A program made the position numbers and the translations under genes. From Squalus acanthias (lineage: Eukaryota), in contig JASTWF010000035.1 in the NCBI GenBank assembly GCA_030390025.1, positions 2,294,001-2,358,000 on the forward strand: a DNA stretch of 64,000 nt, read 5' to 3'. The notes beneath the pieces were generated by a model. The model did not search any database, had not been told where the DNA came from, and saw only the letters and a program-made list of their open reading frames with translations. Below are positions 48,186 to 60,125 of the stretch, piece by piece (within the stretch, counting starts at the first letter, position 1; each line of letters starts with the position of its first letter).

Positions 48186-50268
48186 GCGACAGTGATGAGG
48201 GAGCTTTACCCTATCAAAACAGTGCTGTACATGCCATGGGGTTGTTTGATGGCACAATGTTAAGGGATCTTTACTCTGTATCCAACCCGGGCTGTACCTG
48301 CCCTGGAAATGTTTGATGTCAGTGTCCAGCAAGCTTTACTCTACATCTAAACTGTTCTGTAACTGCCCTGGCAGTTTTTGATAGGACAGTTTAAAAGGAG
48401 CTTTACTCTGTACCTAACCCATGCACTACTTGCCCTGCGAGTGTTTGATGGTACAGTGAAGATGGAGCTTTACTCTATATCTAAACTGTGCTGTACTTGC
48501 CTTGAGTGTGTTTGATGGGACAGTGTAGAGGGAGATTTATTCGGTATCTAACGCGGGCTGTACCTGACTGAGAAAGTTTGATGTGTAAGTGTAGAGGAAG
48601 CTTTATTCTGTATCTTACCTGAGCTGTGAGCTGACCTGGCAGTGTTTGATGGGATAGTAGAGGGAGCTTTATTCGGTATCTAACCTTTGCTGTACCTACC
48701 CTGGGATTGTATGATGGGATTTTGTAGAGGTAACTTAAATCTGCATCTAACCCGTGCTGTACCTGGCCTGGGAGTATTTGATGGGTCTTTGTAAAGGCAG
48801 CTTTACTCTGTACGTAACCTGTACACTACCTGCCCTGCGAGTGTTTGATGGGACAGTGAAGAGGGAGCTTTACTCTGTATCTAACCTGGGCTGCACCTGC
48901 CCTGGGAGTGTTCGATGGGACAGCGTAGATGGAACTTTACTCTGTAACTAACCCATGCACTAACTGCCCTGCGAGTGTTTGATGGGACAGAGTAGATGGA
49001 GCTTAATTCTATATCTAACCATTGCAGTACCTGCCCTGGGAGTGTATGATGGGATTCTGCAGAGGGATCTTTACTCTGCATCTTACCTGTGCTGTACCTG
49101 TCCTGGGAGTGTTTGATGGGACAGTGTAGAGGGAGCTTTACTCTGTAACTAACCCATGCACTAACTGCCCAGCGAGTGTTTGATGGGACAGTTTAGAGGG
49201 AGCTTCACTCTGTATCTAACCTGTGATGTACCTGCCCTGGGAGTGTTTGATGCAACAGTGTAGAGGGATCTTCATTCCATATCTAATCCATGCTGCACCT
49301 GCCCCAGGACTGTTTGATGGGACAGTGTAGAGGGAACTCTACTCTATATCTAACCATTGTTGTATCTGCACTTGGTGTGTTTGATGACACAATGTATAGT
49401 GAGCTATACTCTGTATCTAACCCGTGCAGTACCTGGCCTGGGAGTGTTTGATGTGATAGTATACAGGGAGCTTTACTCTGTATCTAATCCGTGCTGTAGC
49501 TGACCTGGGATTTTTGATGCAACAGTGTAGAGGCAGCTTTACTCTGCACCTAACCCGTGCACTAACTGCCCTGCGAGTGTTTGATGGGACAGTGCAGTGG
49601 GAGCTTTACTCTATATCTAACCATTGCTGTACCTGCCTTTGGGCGTGTTGGATGGGATTCTGTAGAGGGATCTTTACTCTGTATCTAATCCGTGCTGTAA
49701 CTGGCCTGAGAGTGTTTGACGGAACAGTGTAGAGGCAACCTTACTCTGTATCTTACCTGTGCTGTACCTGACCTGGGAGTGTTTGATGGGATAGTATGGA
49801 GGGAGTTTTATTCGCTATTTAACCCGGGCTGTACTTATCTGGGACAGTTAGATGGGACAGAGTGGAGGAAGCTTTACTCTGTATCTTACCCTGTGCTGTA
49901 GCTGCCCTGGGAGTGTTTGATGGGTCCTTTTAGAATGATCTTTACACTGCAGCTAAACTGTGATATACCTGCCCTGGCAGGTATTGAAACGACAGTGTAG
50001 AGGGAGCTTTACCCCAGTAGGGTAAGAGCTTCGCGGGCTTTTTCAAAGGCAGGGGGTGGGGCCAATTCATTGGTACCCTTATAGAGGTGGAGCGGTTGCT
50101 AAACCCGAGACACTACACTAGTAGTGACTCCCACCTCCTCTAACTTTTAGGGGTAGAGGGAATTTAAAAGGTAGGTTCGATTTTATATTTTGTTTTCAGG
50201 GACTTAACTCCTGGACCTAAGATAAATAAGTTTAAATTTTCGTAATAAAGTAACATAAGGGTTAAGTC

Positions 50269-51213
50269 ATGACAGGAAGTCTCGGACCCGTTTCATGCTC
50301 CTCCTGTGCCATGTGGGAAACCAGGGACACTTCCAGTGTCCCTGACAACTACGTGTGCGGGAAGTGTGTCCAGCTGCAGCTCCTGACAGCCCGCATGGCA
50401 GTGCTGGAGCTGCGGGTGGACTCACTCTGGAGCATGCACGATGCCAAGAACTCGGTGAATCGCTCATTTAGTGAGTTGTCCACACCACAGGTAAAGGCTA
50501 GGACAGACAGTGAATGGGTGACCAAGAAGCAGGGCAATATCAGGAAGGTAGTGCATGAGTCCCCTGTGGTCATCTCCCTCCAAAACAGGTATGCCGCTTT
50601 GGATACTGTTGGGGGAGATGGCCTACCAGGGGAAGGCACCAGCAGCCAGGTTCATGGCACCATGGCTGGCTCTGCTGCACAGCAGGGCGGGAAAAAGAGT
50701 GGTAGGGCTATAGTGATAGGGGACTCAATTGTAAGGGGAATAGACAGGAGTTTCTGTGGCCGCAACCGAGATTCCAGGATGGTATGTTGCCTCCCTGGTG
50801 CAAGGGTCAAGGATGTCTCGGAGCAGCTGCAGAACATTCTGAAGAGGGAGGGTGAAGAGCCAGCTGTCGTGGTGCATGTAGGTACCAACGATAAAGGTAA
50901 AAAGCGGGAAGAGGTCCTACAAGCAGAATTTAGGGAGCTAGGAGCTAAATTAAAAAGTAGGACCTCTAAGGTAGTAATCTCTGGATTGCTACCAGGGCCA
51001 CGTGCTAATCAGAATAGAGAGAACAGGATAGTGAGATTGAATACGTGGCTTGAGCAGTGGTGCAGGAGGGAGGGATTCAAATTCCTGAGGCATTGGAACC
51101 AGTTCTGGGGGAAGTGGGACCTGTACAAAAGGGACGGTCTGCACTTGGGCAGGACTGGAACCGATGTCCTCGGGGTAATATTTGCTAAAGCAGTTCGGGA
51201 GGATTTAAACTAA
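50269..51213 (+). CDS. CR1 ORF1p: CxxC zinc finger/leucine zipper plus SGNH esterase
   Basis: CSSC...CGKC, heptad leucines, VIGDS, VHVGTND, DGLH; uninterrupted 314 aa. Confidence 0.93.
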   Translation: MTGSLGPVSCSSCAMWETRDTSSVPDNYVCGKCVQLQLLTARMAVLELRVDSLWSMHDAKNSVNRSFSELSTPQVKARTDSEWVTKKQGNIRKVVHESPVVISLQNRYAALDTVGGDGLPGEGTSSQVHGTMAGSAAQQGGKKSGRAIVIGDSIVRGIDRSFCGRNRDSRMVCCLPGARVKDVSEQLQNILKREGEEPAVVVHVGTNDKGKKREEVLQAEFRELGAKLKSRTSKVVISGLLPGPRANQNRENRIVRLNTWLEQWCRREGFKFLRHWNQFWGKWDLYKRDGLHLGRTGTDVLGVIFAKAVREDLN

Positions 51214-51361
51214 TATGGCAGGGGAATGGGAACCTATGTAGCGAAACCGGGGGAAGTAATATGCAGTCAGAAACAAATGTTAGAAGGGTGAGAAACAATA
51301 GGGGAAGGCCGAGTAAACAAAGCCAAGAAACACATAGGGCCATACTAAATCATAAGTCTAA

Positions 51362-54196
51362 AAGGACAATGATGATAATAAAATAAGCCTAAAGGCTCTG
51401 TGTCTTAATGCAAGGAGTATCCATAATAAGCTGGATGAATTGACTGTGCAAATAGATGTTAACGAATACGATGTGATTGGGATTACAGAGACGTGGCTCC
51501 AGAACAATCAAGGCTGGGAACTGAACATCCAGGGGCATTCAACATTCAGAAAGGATAGAATAAAAGGAAAAGGGGGTGGGGTAGCATTGCTGGTTCAAGA
51601 GGAGATTAATGCAATAGCTAGGAAGGACATCAGCTTGGAGGATGTGGAATCAATATGGGTTGAGCTGCAGAACACCAAAGGGCAGAAAACGTTAGTGGGA
51701 GTTGTATACAGACCTCCAAACAGCAGTAGTGAGGTGGGGGAGGGTATGGAACAGGAAATCAGAGGTGCGTGCAAAAAAGGCACGGCAGTTATCATGGGTG
51801 ACTTTAATATGCATATAGATTGGGCTACTGAAACTGGAAGCAATACGGTGGAGGAGAATTTCCTGGAGTGTTTAAGGGATGGTTTCCTAAACCAATATGT
51901 TGAGGAACCAACTCGAGGGGAGGCCATCCTGGACTGGGTGTTGTGTAATGAGGAAGGACTAATCAGCAATCTTGTGGTACGAGGCCCCCTGGGGAAGAGT
52001 GACCATAGTATGGTGGAGTTCTACATTAGGATGGAGAAGGAAACAGTTAAGTCAGAGACCATGGTCCAGAACTTAAATAAGGGCAACTTTGAGGGTATGA
52101 GGCGTGAATTGGCGAGGTTAAATTGGCAAGCGATATTTAAGGGGCTATCAGTGGAAGGGCAATGGCAGACATTTAGAGATCGCATGGATGAACTACAACA
52201 ATTGTACATCCCGGTCTGGCGTAAAAATAAAAAAGGGAAGGTGGCTCAACCATGGCTAACAAGGGAAATCAGGGATAGTATTAAAACCAAGGAAGTTGCA
52301 TACAAATTGGCCAGAAGTAGCAGCAAACCCGGGGACTGGGAGAACTTCAAAACTCAGCAGAGGAGGACGAAGGGTTTGATTAGGGCAGGGAAAATAAAAT
52401 ATGAAAGGAAGCTTGCAGAGAACATTAAAATGGACTGCAAAAGCTTCTATAAATATGTAAAAAGAAAGAGGTTAGTAAAAACAAACGTAGGTCCCCTGCA
52501 GTCGGAAACAGGGGTAGTCGTAATGGGGAACAAGGAAATGGCAGATCAATTGAACAAGTACTTTGGTTCGGTGTTTACTGTGGAGGACACACACAACCTG
52601 CCGGAAATAAAAGGGGTCAGAGGATCTGGTAAGAGGGAGGAGCTGAGGGAAATCCTTATTAGTCGGGAAAAGGTATTGGGGAAATTGATGGGACAGAAGG
52701 CCGAAAATTCGCCGGGGCCTGATGGTCTGCATCCCAGAGTACTTAAGGAGGTGGCCTTGGAAATAGTGGATGCATTGACGATCATTTTCCAACATTCCTT
52801 AGACTCTGGATCAGTTCCGATGGAGTGGAGGGTGGCCAATGTAACCCCTCTTTTTAAAAAAGGAGGGAGGGAGAAAGCAGGGAATTATAGACCGGTCAGC
52901 CTGACATCGGTCGTGGGTAAAATGATGGAAGCAATTATTAAAGATGTCATAACAGACCATTTGGAAAGTGGCGACATGATAGGTCCAAGTCAGCATGGAT
53001 TTGTGAAAGGGAAATCATGCTTGACAAATCTTCTGGAATTTTTTGAGGATATTTCCAATAGGGTGGACAGGGGGGAACCAGTAGATGTGGTATATTTGGA
53101 CTTTCAGAAGGCCTTCGACAAGGTCCCACACAAGAGATTGGTGAGCAAAGTTAAAGCACATGGGATTGGGGGTAATGTGTTGACGTGGATTGAGAACTGG
53201 TTGGCACACAGGAAACAGAGAGTAGGAGTAAATGGGTACTTTTCAGAATGGCAGGCAGTGACCAGCGAGGTACCGCAGGATTCGTTGCTGGGACCCCAGC
53301 TGTTTACATTATATATTAATGATTTGGACGAAGGGATTAAATGTAATATCTCCAAATTTGCGGATGACACTAAATTGGGAGGCAGTGTGGACAATGAGGA
53401 GGATGCTAGGAGGCTACAGAGTGACTTGGACAGGTTGGGTGAATGGGCAAATGTATGGCAGATGAAGTACAATGTGGATAAATGTGAGGTTATCCACTTT
53501 GGTGGTAAAAATAGAGAGGCGGACTATTACCTGAATGGTGGCAGATTAGGGAAAGGGGAGGTGCAACGAGACCTGGGCGTCATGGTACATCAGTCACTGA
53601 AGGTGGGAAGGCAAGTGCAGCAGGCAGTCAAGAAAGCAAACGGAATGATGGCCTTCATAGTAAGGGGATTTGAGTACAGGAGTAGGGAGGTGATGCTGCA
53701 GTTGTACAGGGCCTTGGTGAGGCCACACCTGGAGTATGGTGCGCAGTTTTGGTCTCCTAAATTAAGGAAGGACATTCTTGCTATTGAGGGAGTGCAGCGA
53801 AGGTTCACTAGATTGATTCCTGGGATGGCCGGACTGACATATCAAGAAAGATTGGGTCAACTGAACTTGCATCCTCTGGAGTTCAGAAGAATGAGGGGGG
53901 ATCTTATAGAGACATTTAAAATCCTGACTGGTTTAGACAAATTAGATGCGGGCAGAATGTTCCCAATGTTAGGGAAAACTAGAACCAGGGGTCACAGTCT
54001 AAGGATTAAGGGGAAGCCATTTAAGACTGAGCTGAGGAGGAAGTTCTTCACCCAGAGAGTGGTGAATCTATGGAATTCTCTTCCACAGAAGGTTGTTGCG
54101 GCCAGTTCGCTAAATATATTCAAAAGGGAGTTAGATATAACACTCACAACTAGGGGGATCAAGGGGTATGGCGAGAAATCAGGAATGGGGTACTGA
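51362..54196 (+). CDS. CR1 ORF2p: APE endonuclease plus reverse transcriptase (frame open from 51362; true start unclear)
   Basis: CLNARSI, GITETWL, MGDFN, SDH, YRPVSLTS, LDFQKAFD, KFADD; no internal stop; motif B altered (SEVPQDSLLGP). Confidence 0.95.
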   Translation, partial: KDNDDNKISLKALCLNARSIHNKLDELTVQIDVNEYDVIGITETWLQNNQGWELNIQGHSTFRKDRIKGKGGGVALLVQEEINAIARKDISLEDVESIWVELQNTKGQKTLVGVVYRPPNSSSEVGEGMEQEIRGACKKGTAVIMGDFNMHIDWATETGSNTVEENFLECLRDGFLNQYVEEPTRGEAILDWVLCNEEGLISNLVVRGPLGKSDHSMVEFYIRMEKETVKSETMVQNLNKGNFEGMRRELARLNWQAIFKGLSVEGQWQTFRDRMDELQQLYIPVWRKNKKGKVAQPWLTREIRDSIKTKEVAYKLARSSSKPGDWENFKTQQRRTKGLIRAGKIKYERKLAENIKMDCKSFYKYVKRKRLVKTNVGPLQSETGVVVMGNKEMADQLNKYFGSVFTVEDTHNLPEIKGVRGSGKREELREILISREKVLGKLMGQKAENSPGPDGLHPRVLKEVALEIVDALTIIFQHSLDSGSVPMEWRVANVTPLFKKGGREKAGNYRPVSLTSVVGKMMEAIIKDVITDHLESGDMIGPSQHGFVKGKSCLTNLLEFFEDISNRVDRGEPVDVVYLDFQKAFDKVPHKRLVSKVKAHGIGGNVLTWIENWLAHRKQRVGVNGYFSEWQAVTSEVPQDSLLGPQLFTLYINDLDEGIKCNISKFADDTKLGGSVDNEEDARRLQSDLDRLGEWANVWQMKYNVDKCEVIHFGGKNREADYYLNGGRLGKGEVQRDLGVMVHQSLKVGRQVQQAVKKANGMMAFIVRGFEYRSREVMLQLYRALVRPHLEYGAQFWSPKLRKDILAIEGVQRRFTRLIPGMAGLTYQERLGQLNLHPLEFRRMRGDLIETFKILTGLDKLDAGRMFPMLGKTRTRGHSLRIKGKPFKTELRRKFFTQRVVNLWNSLPQKVVAASSLNIFKRELDITLTTRGIKGYGEKSGMGY

Positions 54197-54689
54197 GGTA
54201 GCATGTTCAGCCATGAACGCATTGAATGGCGGTGCAGGCTCGAAGGACCAAATGGTCTACTCCTGTACCTATTTTCTATGTTTCTATGTTACTCGGTATC
54301 TAACCCGTGCTGTATCTGCCCTGGGAATGCTTGTTAGGACAGTGTAGAGAGAGCTTTACTCTGTATGTAACCCGTGCTGCACATGACCTGGGATTGTTTG
54401 ATGGCAGAATGTGGAGGGAGCATTACTCTGTATCTAACCCGTACTCAAACTGCACTGGGAGTGTGTGTTGGGACAGTGTAGAGGGCTCTTTACGCTGTAT
54501 CTAAACCTTGCTGTACCTCCCCTGGGAGTGCAAAAACGGGCAGTGTATTGTGCGCTTTACTCCATATCTAACCAATGCTGCACCTAACCTGCGAGTGTTT
54601 GATGGCACAGTGCAGAGGGATCTTTACGAAGTATCTAACAAATGCTGTACCTGCACTGGGACTGTTTGATGGGAGAGTGTAGTGGGAGC

Positions 54690-55020
54690 CTTATAACTCT
54701 TTATATAGTTAGAATCCTTAATAATCATTTACAAAAGGTGTATAACGGGTTATTAAGGATTATAATGATTTATAAAGGATCATGTCCCTTTATCATATTT
54801 TGCATCACATGGTACCGCATTCAAATCCCTTTATAATCCTTTGTCAATCATTATAACAATTTATAAGCCTTTGTCGATCATTGCAACCCTTTATATTCCT
54901 TAACAATTCATCATAACACTTTATATTATATTATCAACCTTTATATATCATTATAATACTTTATATTCATTTATAATAATTTATAACCCAGCATAATCCT
55001 TTATAACCTTTTATAAAGCG
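54690..55020. repeat. AT-rich low-complexity tract (TTATAA-rich)
   Basis: Composition. Confidence 0.8.
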
Positions 55021-55024
55021 TCAG

Positions 55025-56085
55025 GATACAGCGTAGGGATAATGGGTAGGTACTCAAATTGGCAGGATGTGACTCCTGGTGTCCGGCAGGGCTGTGTTTT
55101 GGGGCCTCAGCTATTCACAATATTTATTAATGACTTAGGTGATGTCATAGAAAGTCAGATACCCAAATTTGCCGATGACACAAAGATAGGCAGCATTGTA
55201 AGCAGTGTAGGTGAAACCATAAAATTACAAAGGGATATTAACAGATTAAGGGAATGGGCAAAACTATGGCAAATGGATTTCAAGGTAAGCAAATGTGAGG
55301 TCAATCACTTTGGATCCTAAAAGGCAAGAACAGGTTACTTTCTAAATGGTGAAAAGCTAAAAAGAGTGGATGTCCAAAGAGACTTGGGGGGGTCCAGGTA
55401 CATAGATCATTAAAATGTCATGGACAGGTACAGAAAATAATCAAAAAGGCTCATGGAAAGCTGGCCTTTATATCTAAAGGACTCGATTACAAGGGGGTAG
55501 AAATTATTCTGCAGCTATACAAAACCCTGGTTAGACCACACCTGGAGTACTGTGAGCAGTTCTGGGCACCACACCTTAGGAAGGATATATTGGCCTTGGA
55601 GGGAGTGCAGCGCAGGTTTACCAGAATGATACCCAGACTCCAAGGTTTAAGTTACGAGGAGAGATTACACAAATTAGGGTTCTATTCCCTAGAATTTAGA
55701 AGGTTAAGGGGTGATCTGAGCGAAGTTTTCAGGATATTAAGGGGAACAGATAGAGTAGATAGCGAGAAATTATTTCCATTGGTGGGGATACTAGGACTGG
55801 GGGCACAGTCTAAGAATTAGAGGCAGTACTTTCAGGAGTGAAATTAGGAAACACTTCGACACACAATGTGGTAGAAATTTGGAACTCTCTTCCACAAACG
55901 GAAGTGGATGCTTAATAATTTGTTAATTTTAAATCTGAGATTAATTGCTTTTTGTTAATCAAAGGTATGAAGGGATATGGGCCAAAGGTGGGTTTATGGA
56001 GTTAGATCGCAGATCAGTCAATGATCGCATTGAATAGGGAAACAGGCTCGAGGGGCTGAATGGCCGACTCCTCTTCCTATGTTCC
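55025..56085 (+). mobile_element. CR1 3' third, degenerate
   Basis: GVRQGCVLGPQLFTIFINDL..KFADDTK; ALEGVQRRFTRMIP. Confidence 0.92.
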
Positions 56086-56189
56086 TCAGTGCAGGATCCG
56101 TTGACTTGTTAGCCCTCCCCAAATGCATTACCTCACACTTCTCCGGATTGAATTCCATTTGCCACAATTTTCCTGCATGTAGTTATACA

Positions 56190-57290
56190 CTGAGCAAAGC
56201 TCCCTTTACACTGCCCAATCAAACAGGGCAAGGGCAGGTACAGCACGGGTTAGATAGAGAGATACAGAGTAAAGCTCCCTTTACACATCCCAATCAAACA
56301 GTCCAAGGGCAGGTACAGCATGGGTTAGGTAGAGAGATACAGAGTAAAGCTCCCTTTACACTGCCCAATCAAACAGTCCAAGGGCAGGGACAGCACAGCT
56401 TTTATATAGAGAGTTATAGAGTAAAGCTTCCTCTACACTGTCCAAACACACGCAGTGCAGGTACAGCGTGGGGGACAGCGTACAGCTCCCTTGACACTAC
56501 CAAATGAAGCACAACCAGCTTGGGTACAGCATGGGATGAATACAGAATAAAGATCTCACTACATGCAAGTGTCAAACACTCCCGGGTGAGGTACGGGCAA
56601 GGTTTATCTCCGAGTTAAGCTCCGCTCAACTTGCTACATCAAAGGCCGAGACTGACGGCAGATGTTGAACAGCTCCCAGTATCTGGGTAGACTCTCACCT
56701 CTGCAAAATCCTGGACTGATGAGATTCTCAGTAAAGTTCCTCCCCTTTCCAATCATTGTTGAAGCTTCCCGTTTTATCCCGTCTCCGACACTGGGGTTCT
56801 CGATCCCACCAGATCTGCTCTGTGAACACAGCGACATTTCTCCAGTCCCAGTGAGTGAGGCGATGATTCGACTTCTCTCTCCACCTTCCTGAGATATTGC
56901 TCACTCCCAGAGACTGTCAATACAAAAATGATTCATATTAATCCCAGAATACAGGGGAGCATTTTTCTGACCATAATTATATTGAATTTGATTATTTTTG
57001 CAATTAATCAGTGTGTTTGAATTACTTACTTCAATATTGAATAGTTCTTTTCAGTCCATTGCCCTGTTTATTGTGATTAAACTCACCCCCAGTGTCAGCT
57101 GTCACTCCAGCTCCTCCCACACTGACATCCCACTGATGGGCCGTAACCAGGGGCAGGGCCCTGTCTCCAGGTGACATCACACAGCAGCCAGGAACGATGT
57201 CACAAAGCGGCCGGAGCCCCTCCCACTCGAGGTGTCACAGGGTCACATTGACCAGGCTCTGCTCCTGGTGTGCAGTCTCACTGGACATGA
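56190..57290 (-). other. Copy 2 of the duplicated block, with a candidate 173-bp intron (56914-57086)
   Basis: Donor GGG|GTGAGT at 57086; acceptor TTTTTGTATTGACAG at 56914. Confidence 0.55.
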
Positions 57291-57564
57291 ACACAGGGTG
57301 CAAAATCAGCCCCGTCTCCGGGAATGAAGCGGGATCCTGCCCTACATCTCTCCCGAGTTTTATTTCCATCGGTGTAAAATGGGTGGTTGATTCACAATTA
57401 CCCAGTTTGTACTATAGCACCTACTAAACTTCAAACTCTACCCCAGTGTTTCTTTCCTTCTCTACGTATCTGCTCCCTCACTGTCTCTGCCTCTCGCTCT
57501 CTCCACAGTGAGGGATGCGTCTGGGGCTGGGATCATACTGTGCGGAAAGGATCAGAATATCAGT

Positions 57565-58645
57565 TAGCCTCTCTTCCCGCTCCCACATCGTTATCTCTGG
57601 TGTCCCCCAAGGATCTCTCCTTGGCCCCCTCCTATTTCTCATCTACATGTTGCCCCTTGGTGACATCATCCAGAAACACAGTCAGTTTCCATCTGTACGC
57701 TGACGACACCCAGCTCTACCTCACTACCTCTTCTCTCGACCCCTCCACAGTGTCTAAATTGTCAGACTGCTTGACCGACATGATCAAAAGTTTCTCCAAG
57801 TAAATATTGGGAAGACCGAAGCCACTGTTTTTGGTCCCTGCCACCAACACCGTTCCCTAGCCACAGACTCAATCCCTCTCCCTAACATCTGTCTGCGGCT
57901 GAACCACACTGTTCGCAACATTGGTGTCATATTTAACCCTGAAATGAGCCTCCGACCACATATCCGCAGCATAACAAAGGCCGCCTACTTCCACCTCCGT
58001 AACATCGCCCGTCTCCGCCCTTGCCTCCTCTCATCCGCTGCTGAACCCCTCTTCCATGCCTTTGTTACTTCTAGACTTGACTATTCCAACGCACTCCTGG
58101 CTGGCCACCCACATTCCACCCTATGTAAACTTGAGGCCATCCAAAACTCGGCTGCCCGTGTCCTAACTCGTACCATGTCCCGTTCACCCATCTCCCCTGT
58201 GCTCGCTGACCTATACTGGCTCCCGGTTAAGCAGCACCTCGATTTCAAAATTCTCATCCTTGTTTTCAAATCCCTCCATGGCCTCGCCCCTTCCTATCTC
58301 TAATCTCCTTCAGCCCCACAACCCCCCCGAGATATCTGCGCTCCTCTAATTCTGCCCTCTTGAGCATCCCTGATTATAATTGCTCAACATTTGGTGGCCG
58401 TGCCTTCTGTTGCCTGGTCCCAAGGTCTGGAATTCCCAGCCTAAACCTCTCCGCCTCACTACCTCTCTTTCCTCCTTGAAGACGCTCCTTAAAACCTTCC
58501 ACTTTGACCAAGCTTTTAGTCACCTGTCCGAATTTATCCTTCTGTGGCTCAATGTCAAAATTGTTTGTCTTAAAATACTCCTGTGAAGCGCCTTGGGACG
58601 TTTTACTACGTTAAAGGCGCTATTTAATACAAGTTATTGTTGTTG
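57565..58645 (+). mobile_element. L2 LINE 3' part
   Basis: SGVPQGSLLGPLLFLIYMLPLG; FHLYADDTQLY; HAFVTSRLDYSNALL; (TTG)n tail. Confidence 0.93.
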
Positions 58646-58659
58646 TACATCTCTGGGTC

Positions 58660-58820
58660 TATAGAATCATAGAATGGTTACAGCACAGAAGGAGGCCTTA
58701 CGGCCCATCGAGCCCGTGCCGGCTCTCTGGAAGAGCACTTCAGCAAGTCCCACTCCCCCGCCCTTTCCCCAGAGCACTGCAATTGCTTTTTCTTCGGGCA
58801 CATATCCAATTCCCTTTTGA
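58660..58820 (-). mobile_element. Short CR1 3' end
   Basis: ATAGAATCATAGAAT tail and 3' UTR as at 706-815. Confidence 0.88.
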
Positions 58821-59465
58821 TACACCCCAAACCCTCACTGTAACACTGATATACCCCACACCCCTCACTGTAACACTGATATACCCCACACCCCTCACTG
58901 TAACACACTGATATACCTCACACCCCTCACTGTAACACTGATATACCCCACACCCCTCACTGTAACACTGATATACCCCACACCCCTCACTGTAACACTG
59001 ATATACCCCACACCACTCACTGTAACACTGATATACCCCACACCCCTCACTGTAACACTGATATACACAACACCCCTCACTGTAAAACTGATATACCCCA
59101 CACCACTCACTGTAACACTGATATACCCCACACCCCTCACTGTAACACTGATATACCCCAAACCCCTCACTGTAACACTGATATACCCCACACCCCTCAC
59201 TGTAACACTGATATACCCCACCTGCCTCAGTGTAACACTGATATACCCCACACCCCTCACAGTAACATTGATATACCCCTCACGCACACCGATATACCCC
59301 ACACCCCTCACTGTAACACTGATATACCCCGCACCCCTCACTGTAACGCTGGTATACCCACACCCCTCACTGTAACGCTGATATAACCCACACCCCTCAA
59401 TGTAACACTGATATACCCCATATCACTCACTAACACTGATATACCCCACACCCCTCACTTTAATA
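58818..59465. repeat. Minisatellite, 30-bp unit CACCCCTCACTGTAACACTGATATACCCCA
   Basis: Direct tandem periodicity. Confidence 0.97.
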
Positions 59466-59484
59466 CTCTGATTCACTGGGAAGG

Positions 59485-59803
59485 CGAGCTGCTGGTTGTG
59501 TGGACCAGTGACCTGCTGGTTTAGTTGGTCAGTGAGCTGCTGGTTTAGTGGACCAGTGAGCTGCTGGTTTAGTGGGTCAGTGAGCTGCCGGTTTAGTGGG
59601 TCAGTGAGCTGCTGGTTTAGTGGGTCAGTGAGCTGTTGGTTTAGTGGGTCAGTGAGCTGCTGGTTTAGTGGGTCAGTGAGCTGCTGGTTTAGTGGGTCAG
59701 TGAGCTGCTGGTTTAGTGATGAGGTGAGCTGCTGGTTAATTGGGGAGGTGAGCTGCTGGTTAAGTGGGGAGGTGAGCTGGTGGTTTAGTGGGGAGGTGAG
59801 CTG
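59485..59803. repeat. Minisatellite, 24-bp unit GTGAGCTGCTGGTTTAGTGGGTCA
   Basis: Direct tandem periodicity. Confidence 0.95.
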
Positions 59804-60125
59804 TTATCATTCATTGTGCTTGCCCATTGATCTCTGTCAGTTTGCTCTTTACTCTCCCACACAGGAGTGTTAATTACCTGCTTCTGTAACCTTCAAACCC
59901 TCACAGCTTCCAATGTCCTTTACAAAAGGGACTGATTCTCTGGCCACACTCCCCAGTAGTCCTCCAGACACCCTGCTGGCATTAAATTCAATCTTCACAA
60001 TTACCCATGCTCGACAGCAGATGTGTGTCTATCTGGTCTGTGTTTTAACCCAACTTAATCCCTGGTTATTCTAGCTTAATATTGATATCATTCTATATCT
60101 CAACCAGTGGATTCTATTTAATAAT

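Larger units (their letters stand above)
50013..54288 (+). mobile_element. Full-length CR1 LINE (~4.3 kb)
   Basis: 5' UTR, ORF1, ORF2, 3' UTR and (TTTCTATG)n tail; possible short TSD TTAC at 50009-50012 and 54289-54292. Confidence 0.97.
47633..54690. repeat. Diverged 67-bp satellite (47633-50012 and 54289-54690), split by the full-length CR1
   Basis: Unit GGGAGTGTTTGATGGGACAGTGTAGAGGGAGCTTTACTCTGTATCTAACCCGTGCTGTACCTGCCCT; the unit phase continues across the CR1. Confidence 0.93.

Noticed and set aside
51595..54222. Antisense ORFs over CR1 ORF2 (and similar ones over other LINE copies)
   Set aside because: Shadow frames of LINE coding sequence with no independent motifs.
58895..59873. VRGVGYISVT and SCWFSGSV repeat ORFs
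   Set aside because: 30-bp and 24-bp minisatellites.
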